A DNA stretch of 64,000 nucleotides, from the NCBI GenBank assembly GCA_030704615.1, contig CM060734.1, positions 39,866,001 through 39,930,000 of the forward strand, written 5' to 3'. Position 1 is the stretch's first letter. Each line of letters begins with the position of its first letter. The notes below the pieces were generated by a model, which saw only the letters and a program-made list of their open reading frames with translations, was not told where the DNA came from and did no database searches. The stretch is from Takakia lepidozioides (lineage: Eukaryota > Plantae > Bryophyta). A program made the position numbers and the translations under genes. Below, in pieces: positions 39,446 to 50,660 of this stretch.

Positions 39446-39702
39446 CGCCCCCTAGCTGGTGCTTAGGTCCCTCTAAGTCCAGGTAGCCACAAGATGTGAT
39501 AGTGACCATAGCCTCACTAAGTCCTCCACCACTATCCCTACTACACTCAAACTCGATAGATCAAGAGGCCGGGTGCAAGAGTTGCCCCATCGTTAGTCGC
39601 CGTCTTGCAACCTGTGAACTTGAGCTTGGGATCTCATGTATTGACTCCTATGAGCTTGGCCTCCCATGTCTTGTTAGCTGCCTCCAGTCATGTCCACTGC
39701 CA

Positions 39703-42677
39703 CTATCCCAAGCAGTGTGGACACAACCAATCTCCGTCAGGAACCTTCTCAAGAGGTGGTGTCAAGCATCCCATATGCCAACCCCTTGAGCATCGATCAC
39801 ACACCAGCATGGTGGCTGCCCCTTTGGCAGACCCACAGAGCATGCACCTCAAACCTGCAGGTACCACTGCCAAGTTTGGGTCAACTCTGCCATCGACATT
39901 GGGAAGGTGACATGGCGCACAATTACGCACATGGTCCTTCCAAGTCATGCCATCCCGACCCTCCAAGATCAGGACCCCTGAGGGCAACACCTCTCGAACC
40001 CTCAGAATAACACGCCCTGCAGTAACATCCAGAGTCGTAGGAGCAGTCTGCTGCAAATAAACATAGTCACTGGGCTAAACCTCCGAACCCCAGGACGATA
40101 TCCTCCACCACGTATAGTGGCATACCTCAACGTATCACGGTGCTGTGCAATGGCAAGGTTCTCAAAAGCCATGGGCATGACTTTCTTGAATAACTCTGCA
40201 CGCTGATCACATGCACGTACCCACACGTCCGGATCGTCAAGGTTAAGGACTTGAGCAGTGTCCCTACGAATGGCTGCAGGCAAATCCGGCTCTCGGCCAA
40301 AGAGAAGGAAATATGGTGAGAAGGAGGCAAGTGATGCTTGTTTGCTGAACCTGTAGCCCATGGCTAACCAAGGAACCTGAAGATCCCAATCTCCTAGGTG
40401 TCCCTTCTGCAAGCCATACTTGCGCAAACCCCTCTTCACCGTCTGAACAACTCTCTCTGCTAAGCCATCGGCCTCAGGATGATCCCGAGAAGTGGTGCGG
40501 TGGTCTATCAAGGCTTTATCACACAAAGCCTGAAACTCCCCCAAGAACTCTCTCCCTTGGTCCGTGAGTACCTCAGCTGGAGCACCAAATCGGCTAAGCA
40601 CACGATCCAAGAATGCATACGCAGCCCCCTCACTAGCCTTGTCAGGCAATGGAACCAACTCAATCCACTTGGAGAAGTGCTCCACCATCACCAACACATA
40701 TCTGTGGTGGCGCATAGTCAGTGGCAACGGTCCTGCGAAGTCAAGACTCCACCTGTAGCCCAATCCCATGATAGGTAAAGGATGCAACTGTGGTGTAGGG
40801 GCGTTGAATGAAGCACGCACCCTGTCACACACCATGCACCTAGCCACAAACTGTTGCACCTCTGTATGCATACCACGCCACCAATACTGCCCCTGCAGTA
40901 AACTGTGAGTGCGTCGCACTCCAAAATGCCCCAACTCCTCATGGGCATGCCGCACTAACCGTGCACGCTGTGTGGGCTGAGGTACAATCCTCACCCGACC
41001 ATCCTCCCACACTCGAAGTAGGTGTATCCCCTCCCACTTGAACCTCTTGGCTCGTTGCAGGATCCGATCCCTCTCCCTGGCAGTCACAATGGCTGCCGTG
41101 TCTCCCGTGCGGAGGTAGTCCAACACAGCCGAATCCTCATGTATATCTCTGGCACCACCTAGCTCATCACTAGCCTCAGGGTCCTCAGACACTCCGTCTA
41201 CAGTCATCCCTGTTGTAGGTCCAATCTGACCTCCCGATGCCAAGATACACAAAAATGCAGATGCGTGCCATCCCGACACCATCTCCTCGTCCGTCTCACC
41301 ATGCCACCGAGCTCCAGTGTCATCCTGCTGGCTCATGCATGGATTGCGACTCAATCCATCCGCATCCCGATTGACCAAACCCGGTCGATGCACAACCTGA
41401 AAGTCATACTCCTGGAGTATAAGTGCCCACCGTGCAAGCTTCCCCGTAAGCTTGTCTGACTCCATCAACCACTTGAGTGGCTGGTGATCCGTGACAAGGG
41501 TGAAAAGATTGCCGTATAGATAGCACCTGAAGTGTGCCACGGCCCACACTGCAGCTAAGCACTCTCCCTCATATGAGCTGTACTTAGCCTCTGCAGCGTT
41601 GTTCGAGCGGCTAGCGTAAGCCACTACGAACTCTCTTCCCTCATCATCCACCTGTGTGAGCACCGCTCCAAGCCCCAGCATGCTCCAATCCGTATGCAGC
41701 TGAAAGGGATGCCCCCTGATAGGTCGTCTCAAGATAGGCGCCGAGGTCAACCTCGCCTTGAGCTCTTGAAAAGCTCGTTCCTGCTCATCTTCCCACTGCC
41801 ACTCCTGGTCCACCTTGGTCAGCTTGGTTAGAGCCTTTGCAATGGTACTAAATCCCTTGACAAACCGTCTATAATAGTTTGCCAACCCCATGAAAGCTCG
41901 AACTCGGCTCACATCCGTGGGGCGTGGAATTTGTGCAATGGCCTCTACCTTAGTCTGCTGTACCCCCAATCCTCCAGGATATATCATGTGACCCAGATAC
42001 TCAATCTGGTTGTGGAAAAACTTGCACTTCCCCGGATGCAACTTCAATATGTGCGCTCTCAAGCGCTCCAATACCACCTGAAGGTGTCTCTCATGCTCCT
42101 CCATCGTAACACTAAAGATGATGATGTCATCTATGTAGCACCGAGCAAAGTCCACCCCTGCTAGAATCCTATCCATGACTCTCTGAAACTCTGCAGGAGC
42201 ATTCTTAAGCCCAAATGGTAAGAACCGCCACTGATATAGGCAATCCTTGCCGTGCTCATTGATCCCCCAGAATGCCGTCTTCTGCTTGTCCGCCTCCTTG
42301 ATTGGCAACTGGTGATATCCGGATCGTAAATCCAAAGTGCTAAAGGCCTTAGCATGCCCGATGGCATCAAAGATCTCCTCTGGTGTTGGCATGGCATACT
42401 TATCGGACTTGGTCTGACGATTTACAGGCCGGTAATCACCGCACATACGTCTCTCCGTCCAATTGCCATAGACATCCTTCTTGGCTGGCATCACTGTGGC
42501 TGAAGCATACTCTCCACCAGAGAGCTCCACCAAACCTGCCTCCGAGAGATCTTGAGTCCTCATCTGAATCAAAGACCTCTCCATGTCACTGTATCTATAG
42601 GGTCTCCGAAAGATTGGCGTGTCAGTGGCCAACTCAATACGGATCTCTTGACCCTTCAGTGCTCCCAAGTCCTTCAA
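39703..42677 (-). CDS. Pol: RT, RNase H, integrase and C-terminal PHD finger (frameshift near 40070)
   Basis: RMCGDYR, LPFGLKNAP, YIDD; TDWS, DADGLSR; HEELGH...CMVC, SLDF, LTDQG, GLAERVV; CMLC...CDRC...WHMGC...PPL..VP.GDWLCPHC. Confidence 0.93.
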
Positions 42678-43129
42678 ACTGAAGGCAAAGCAATTCCTGT
42701 AAGCCCTCAGGAACCGCCGTATACGTCGTCTCTCTCCTCCGGTGACAATGGGTCCAATGTCAGGCTCCCAATTGTCCTCCGTAACTACAACCTTAAGTCC
42801 AGTGGGCTTAGAGGTAGAGGACGCGTCCCGTGGTTGCTATGCTGCAACCTCTTGAGCAGTACTCCCTGCCTGCTCAGTCAATGACAAGGCATCATCCTGC
42901 CCCATCATCTCATCCTTGAGGACCTCCTCAACTCGAGAAGAATCCCCAACCTCATCCATCACAGCCGCCTTGGCTGCCAACTCCCTCTGAACCTCGAGCA
43001 CCTCCCACGTGTGCCATGGATGCATGCACCCCGTGGTCCTCATATGCTCGCCCCCACTCACTGCCTGTACCGTCTCGATAGGCAGAGAGACCATTGAGGG
43101 AAGTGTATTCCGCACTCTGCGTTGCTCAG

Positions 43130-44090
43130 CTAGAGCCAAGCTGATAATCCAGGTCAAGCAATTGAGATCCATTGCTTGCCCCAACACTTGACGACGTGAT
43201 GCCTCAGAAAGAGACGACACCGCCGTGGTACCAGTGGTAAAACCCATTGCCTGCTCACGCTCGTCAGCATTAGGCTCCACTAACTGCTGCAACTGAGCAT
43301 CCCACAGGAGGCCAGGTCCACTATCCCGGAAAGCATGCGATCCTGGGAAGCTGAGCAGTGTAGGTAATGCTGCTCGTGGTTGACCCACCTTGTTGACCAC
43401 TGCCAAAGGCAAACGGTCATCGTGTCTCACACGTTGAGACTGCCTCCCTGTGTCCAGAATGTTATCCACTGTGAGATGTGCTGGCCGCTGCACCCCATCA
43501 AATGCACGCTTGAGCAGTGCGGGTGGCATCATGTTAGTCCACCATAGCCGTGGACGATGAGCCCGTGACCCCACTGTAGCTGCATCCAGCAACACTGCTG
43601 ACCCAAGCCACGACCGGACTTGATGCACACTGGCCATCACCCTGGCCCGAGAATCGCCCATCAGTGGCACATTCTCCAAGATGTATGCTGGAGATACAGC
43701 TTGATGAAGCTGCAAGTGGCGCAAAACCCGCACCATCTCCCAAAACAGACCCGACCTCGAGTCTCGCAATCCATTGCCATGCCCGGCTGATGAATGCCCT
43801 TGGCAGGGCCAACCTGCCACTACCAGATCAATGGAGCCAACCCGCTCCAAATCCTGCGCCCCCAGCAACAAATGTCTGCTGGCAAGGCCTGCTGATATCC
43901 ACGAATTGCAGACAGACAACAACTCAGGGTACCGCTGCACCAACTGAGCAACATGGCGAAGTGAAACGCGTCGTGCAGTCTCATCCCTCTCCACATACAG
44001 GTAACGCCGAACTCGTACACCTGCCTGTAACACAGCAGCCAATCCGGTGCTGATCCCGCCAAACAAGTCCAGAAGACAAATGCCTTCATC
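43130..44090 (-). CDS. DNMT3-like C5 cytosine methyltransferase domain inside the polyprotein ORF 42837-45455
   Basis: Motif I LLDLFGGISTG, II YVERD, IV VAGWPCQ (catalytic Cys), VI ILENV, VIII AHRPRLWWTN, IX EREQAMGF, X RRQVLGQAM. Confidence 0.93.
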
Positions 44091-44479
44091 CGGAGACTGC
44101 CACACAATAGGTGTGGTGTCCAATGGAGACAATTGAGGTGGTCCTGGTGCAATCCCCACACTCTCCTCCTCTCCTGACGGTACAAAAGCCTCCACCCAGG
44201 CTTGTTGCACCCGTCGATCAGCATCCCGCTGCAAATCCTTGCTCGTGCCCCACAATGGAGTCTGAGCAACCATGGTAGGCAACTCCGCCATACCATACAT
44301 GTCATCCTGCTCTCCCGGAGGTGGTACATCCTCTGAATGAGCATTGCCCTCAAGCAACTCTCTAGGCCAACTCACTGCCGCTGTGAATGCTGCTAGTGTC
44401 GGCATCTTGCCTCGCTGGGCAACCGCAACTCCTCCTATGAACGTCACAGGGAGCTGCGCACGCCGGCCCTCCCCTGACT

Positions 44480-46995
44480 GCCATGCAGGCCTATAGGAAG
44501 CTGACTCCTCCCAAAAATCCAGGGTGAAGCCCATGGGGTACAACACTGCCCCACCAACCAGGACATCGTATGAGACTGCGTCTGTCACAATGGCCTTGGC
44601 TCGCATCACTGAGCCATCTGTAGGGTGATCCGGCCGTAGTCTGATAGCCAACTCATGCCGTGTCAAGCCCCGAGCCTGCTCCGATCCTCCCAGAGATGTC
44701 TGTATCTGGAAAGGACAAGGCTCCATATCCGCCTCCGTGAGGCCCAAGCCTGCAATAGCAGCTCTGCCCAGCATCAGTGGCTGAGCTCCCGAGTCCAACA
44801 AGACTCGTAGTGGCCGGTACCTCTTGCCTGCCGGTCCACTCAAACAGAAAATGCCATCCTGGTTGTCTAACATGACAACTCCAGGTGTCACCATGGCGCG
44901 CTCAATGGCTGGCCTAGCTGGCAGCTCCATCAACCTGGCAGCTGCAGCTTGCCATGGCGCCGCCGTGGCAGTCTTGACCCTCAAATCCGAGGATCCCTCC
45001 GGCACTACACCTCCCACTATCTCCGCAGAAGATGAAGTAACCTCCCCACTCTCACAGAGTGTAGCTGCCAGCCTGAACACCTCAGCTGGTCTTACCCCCG
45101 GCGTCGCAATCATGGTAGCCGAGAACAATGGAGCCTGGCACACAGATGTGGCCGCTCCTAGCAGCACACTAGCTGCCGTAGCCTTGGCAACACTAGGTAG
45201 TGGTGCTACCGTGTAGCTCTCCCCAATGGCATAGTAACCGCCGCCTCGGTAACAGTCGGCGAGAACTAGGTGCCATGGATGGCGTCGACACTGTCTCCGC
45301 CAATGTGAATGACTGAGGAAGCCTAGCCTGACGGCTTGCCTCCCCACGCTGTGGATCCAACTCCACCTCTGCACCTCGTGGCTCAGGAACTGTGTGCTCC
45401 TCGAGTCACGGCTGCAGCAGACTCCACCTGCACTAGTGGTAGTGCTGCGCCACACATGAATCCCATGCCTCCCATATCTCCTCCCTCAGGAGCAGGAGGT
45501 GGACCATCCGGCCTTAGAGCGCGGTACCACCTGAGCTGTAGCCATGGCAGCGAGCCTCTGCTCTAGCTGCTGAAGCCGGTTGGCCATGCCTTGGTCAACA
45601 CCCTGACCTCCGCGTCCTTGGCCACGTTGAGCTTGCCCTTGGCCTCGTGGCTGGCCACCTCGTCCCTCTGGGCTGCTCCACCTCGCCCCCGGCCACCATT
45701 GTTCCCTTGGAACTGGCCTGGGCGCAACTCAGGATGCAAACCATAACACTGAGCCTCTCCATGCCCGTGTTTGCCACAATGCCCACACTGTAACTGTGCA
45801 GGCTGTGCATGTGCCGGCCCTTTGCCTCCCTCTGGACAATCCTTCTTGACATGGGGTCCTCCACATGTCCAGCACACCACATCCGCTCGTTGTTGGCCAG
45901 CAAATGAAGGGAGAGCCCTGCATCTGAGGTCCTCTCTGCCCTTCCCTGAGCTTCACCTGAGCCCCCTTGTTGCCTTGAGCACGTTGAGGTAGTGGTTGGC
46001 TAGGAGCACCACTACCCCGTGGTGTCTCCTTAGCAAATCCCACCATGACCACTCGTTCCTCCACCATGTTGAGCTCTATCCGCTCTGCCAGCAAAAAACA
46101 TTTGCTAAGGTGGGTTGGGCCGCTTGTAGGAGAGTTGCATCCCGCACCCTTCTCCTCAGCTCCTTGTCCAATATCCCATACCAGAATTGGACTGCCTGAG
46201 CTTCCGTAACCCCTTGGGTTACATTTATCAAGCGCCTCATGCGAGTGAAAGCCTCCCTCAAGCTCTCGGTCGGCTTCCGTTGGAACTCTTGCAAGCTCCG
46301 CAACTTCTCTGTCCTCACCCCTTGATAGTTCCCTCTCAACTCTTCGAAGAACTCCACAACAGGGTTGAAGGCAGGCACGGGTGCTAGTGCTGGTGCGGTA
46401 GTGGCTTGGGTGGACGTCGTAGCTACTGTACCACCAGTCCCACTGCTGCTTGCTGAAGCTGCCGGTGCAGCGGCAGGTGTAACCACTGCCCTCGTGGCTC
46501 TAGTGCCCCTAGTGATGGAGACATAGTCGGGTGACCAGTACATCCTCCACTCCTCGATCTCAACCTCATGCCCCCGCCTGAACTCATGGTAATCATCCAT
46601 AGGCGGCCCCTCAAGGTGCTGAAACAGCCCCTTCCATGCCATGAAAGGCGCGTAAATAGTTGTGGATTGCGCATTTGCTGCAAATCACACCAACTATCAA
46701 ACTCTTGGATAAAATCATCCAACTCGATGGTGCCCACCGCCCCAGAGTATCTTCGTGGCCCCTTGGTAGCTCCATACATCTCCTCCATTGTGTCCCACAA
46801 CAATGGCAAAGAAACAACTTGCACCGCCGGTATGAGTCCTCCCGATTCACAATCCGAATCAGAACCTTCCGTAGAAGACACAGGAGGTGAAGGTGGCCTA
46901 AACCGCACACCTCGTCTCGTGTACCCACTAATATCGCTAGTGCTCGAACCGGCACTGTCCCCAGCAACTAGTGGCACCTCCGTGTTGACACTCAA
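44480..46995 (-). CDS. Gag (two CCHC knuckles) and aspartic protease of the DNMT element; frameshifted
   Basis: FQRKPTESLREAFTRM gag motif; CWTCGGPHVKKDC and CGHCGKHGHGEAQC; RVLLDSGAQP and YDVLVGG protease motifs. Confidence 0.85.
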
Positions 46996-47699
46996 CCGGT
47001 CATGAACATGTCCCTAACCCCCTCTTCACAAGGTAACCCGGGTAGAGAACCTGTTGCGGCTTATGGTTTGGAATACTAAGTTCCTAACATAGCCTACACC
47101 TGTACCTGCATCCACCGCAAGCACTCCTATGGTTGGCTGGTCATCACCTCCAACCTCACCACAGGAGAAACAATGATGGTCTGGCTGGTCATCACCCCAG
47201 CCTCACATCGACAGCATGCTCTAGGACTGGCCGGTGATCAAATCCGGACCAATCACCTATAAAAACAAGCGCCCACACAAAACTAGCATGGCGCACAGTC
47301 AAGCATGCAGGTATGGAGGGGATCCAAACACAAGAAATCAGATCGACAACTCCCCCACACCAAAAACAACTCCACGGTGTTGCTCCTGCAAGGACACCCC
47401 AGCCCAAACCCGGACTGACTCTTGCCTCCACCTACGGAAAGGTCTTGGCCTAATGAGAGGGTGTGAAAACTACAAGAAGAGAAGCTAAAGCAATGCCTAA
47501 CCCCAGCATGCTCTCATCCCAACACTCTGCCTCTCCTCTCTATCCTCATTGCATGACCATGGGAATATCATGAAGATACTCCTCAAACCGCCCTCCACGA
47601 GCTTCAAAATTCGGCCTTCCAGACCACATGCCAGTCCTTAGGCAGTCCACCAATGCCTCCACGAGTCAGCACAGGCCGTCCACAGGTCAACACGGGCCA

Positions 47700-48810
47700 C
47701 CACAGACCAGCACAGGCCCACACAGCTCACTGGTCACAGCCGTCACAGTCCCACAGGCCTGGGCCAGCCTCCTGTCGCAGCCCCTCACAGCCTGTCACAG
47801 CCTCAAAGGCCTAAGGCACGGCCTGTCACAGCACCCTCACAGCCCCTCACAGCCCAAAGGCCATGGGCACGGCCTGTCACAGCCCGTCACAGCCCGTCAC
47901 AGCCCCAAAGGTCAGGCACGGCCTGTCACAGCCCCTCACGCCCTCACAGCCTCAAAGGCTCAGGCACGGCCTGTCACAGCCCTCACAGCCCGTCACAGCC
48001 CAAAGGCCCTGGGCACAGCCTGTCACGGCCTCGCCACAGCCTGTCACAGCCGTCACAGCCCCATAGGCCTAGCGGCAAAGCCTCACAGCCCGTCACAGCC
48101 CAAAGGCCTCAGGGCACGGCTGTCACAGCCCGTCACAGCCCCAAGGCCACTGGGCACAGCCTGTCACAGCCTGACACAGCCCGTCACAGCCCCAAGGCAA
48201 GGGCACAGCCTGTCACAGCCCATCACAGCTTGCCACAGCCTGTCACAGCCCGTCACAGCCCCACAGGCACTGGGCACAGCCTGTCACAGCCCGTCACAGC
48301 CCCAAAGGCCATGGGCACAGCCTGTCACAGCTCGCCACAGCCTGTCACAGCCCGTCACAGCCCACAGGCCTCAGGGCACAGCCTGTCACAGCCCCGCACA
48401 GCCCGTCACAGCCCCAAGGGCACAGGGCACAGCCTGTCACAGCCCATCAAGCCCGTCACAGCCCCAAAGCCTCAGGACAGCCTGCATCACAGCCCGTCAC
48501 AGCCCCAAAGGCCACTGGCACAGCCTGTCACAGCCTGACACAGCCGTCACAGCCCCACAGGCACAGGGCACAGCCTGTCACAGCCCCGTCACAGCCCACA
48601 GGCCATGGGCAAGCATTGTTGTCACAGCCCGTCACAGCCCCAAAGGCCATGGGCACAGCCTGCACAGCCCGTCACAGCCCCACAGGCCTCAGGGCACAGC
48701 CTGTCACAGCCCCGCACAGCCCGTCACAGCCCCAAGGCCACTGGGCACAGCCTGTCACAGTGACACAGCCCATCACAGCTGCACAGCTTGCCACAGCCCG
48801 TCACAGCTCC
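47700..48810. repeat. ~1.1-kb minisatellite of 10-bp units GTCACAGCC(C/T) in the 5' leader of the DNMT element
   Basis: Dozens of ctgtcacagc/ccgtcacagc units interspersed with aaggcc/gggcac linkers. Confidence 0.95.
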
Positions 48811-50336
48811 AACACTGGCCGCTCTGTAGTTTAGCCATTTCTCCAAGGGGTTTAGCCACGCCAAGCTAGGTTTGTGTCTCTTGGACTCTAGGCTTCTTTC
48901 CACCGAGCTATGGTGGCTGTGAGGAAATCAGCAAGGTATCTTGCTCTTCGGCTCTCCCACACACCACCATAGTAGCCCTAAGCCATGAGGTGGTTGCCAC
49001 AAAACCAAGCCTTCTTTCTCACTTAGCCTCCCCAAACACGCCACTAAACTCAATGGCAAACAACCAAGCCCTGCTGGTTCCCAGCCTTGTGAGCACTCAT
49101 TCAAGCACTCTTCTTGGCCATAGCATCTGTCTTAGAGCCTATTCCAGCCCCTACACCTGCTGCTTCAAGAGTTGCGCTCCCTTCAAGCTTTGAAGTTGAA
49201 ACCCCAACTCACATAGGCCCTACAAGTGCTGTTCTTCACTCCAAGTGGAAACCAGCCCTAGACCTTCCGTTCTAGCTCTCTAAGGCTTGAAAACAAAGAC
49301 CTCAATGGGCTGAAGGCATGCTCCACACATGCCCCACTCTCACCATAAGAGAATCAGCTCCTTTGCTTCATTTCTTGCACCCACAAACCTGAAATACAAG
49401 TCAGCAGGCTGAAAGCATGCTCTACATGCCCTACAGGGAAACCAGCCCCTTCCTTCCTTCCTTGCACTCCCACACCTAAAAGTGCAAGCCTCAACAGGCT
49501 GATAGCATGCTCCACACATACATTGCCCTCACATAAGGGAAGTCAGCCCTTCCCTCTTCCTTGCTTGCCCTCCAAGCTTGAAGATGGAAGCTTCAATGAG
49601 CTGAATACATGCTCCACACATGCAACCTCTTCACACAAGAGATATCAGCCCCCTATCTTGGCTCCTTGGCTCCTTGATGCTCTCTAAGACAAGACTAAGC
49701 ACTCCACAGCCTTGCCAAGCTCCTGAAACCCTAAGGCTTACATTTCCAGCAACAAGACACTTCTCTTGTTTGTGTGCAAGAGCTCTTCTTCCAAGCTCTG
49801 AAACCCTAGGTGCACATTCCATGGCCTTGCCGCACCTCTTAGCTCCTGTTCCAGCCCTGCTCTTGCCATGACAAGAGCCCTCTCAATGCTGAAGCTCGAG
49901 ATTGAAACCCAATCTCACCATACTCCACAAAGTGCACTGATTTGCCCCAAGCCAAATCAGCCCTTTCGCTTGGTCTTGCAATCCTTCACACAATGAAGCT
50001 CGCATTCCCAGGTCTAGTTCTCAGCTTTGCCACAAAGCCACTAAACCTGCTCTTGACTGGTCCTCTTCCCAATCGTGCTTGCTCATGCATGTACACAATC
50101 TGAAACCATCAAGGTGCTCGAAATTACCTGCAGCATGGTGCTTTCATCTCTGAAGCTGAAGATCGAATGCCAAGGTCTACACCTCGTAACCCACATCGCC
50201 TCCGCTTCTAACAACCAAGAGCTCCATGGTGCTCCTTGCATAACAACTTGGTTTCTCTCAATCTCAAGCAAAAAACCACAAGTGCTACAACTAACTCGTA
50301 TCTAGACTCATAGATACGAGATTGATCTTTCTCGAG

Positions 50337-50660
50337 TGATAAAGAAGAAAGAATACAAGCACAAGCTCATGCGAGCTCACAAAGCTGAAGCATAAACTCA
50401 TGCATATATAACCTCATCATTCAAATACAAGTCAAGCCAAGTGCACCCACGCCATGGGGAATCCACACTACGGCGCCATAGCTAGGCGCGGTGAGGCTCA
50501 ACTCGAGAAAGATGAGCCTCCCGCGCTTGCTGTGAAGATAACCACTCCAGGGCCTAAATCTGCCTTGACCCCTGGATTGACACTTGGGCCAATCCCAATG
50601 TCAATATGTAAAAGCTAGCTATTTCCTAGCTAGTTCACATAGTGGTAAAATAACTTGACA
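50337..50660 (-). repeat. 5' terminal repeat A1 of the DNMT element
   Basis: Near-identical to 38939-39265; reads TGTCAAG...TTATCA on the coding strand. Confidence 0.95.

Larger units (their letters stand above)
38750..50660 (-). mobile_element. Ty3/gypsy retrotransposon with a DNMT3-like methyltransferase, PHD finger and split direct repeats; 4-bp TSD CACC
   Basis: CACC|TGTCG...TGACA|CACC. Removing it restores host gag PHWRKGVWCAKCQNEGH. Domain order: gag, PR, DNMT, RT, RH, IN, PHD. Confidence 0.93.

Noticed and set aside
43130-44090. Bacterial contamination or a host DNMT gene
   Set aside because: The domain is intronless, in frame with a retroelement protease and inside a TSD-flanked element nested in another plant retrotransposon.
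47628-48869. 413-aa ORF rich in SQPVTA
   Set aside because: It is a translation of the stop-poor minisatellite, antisense to the element, and other frames are open too.
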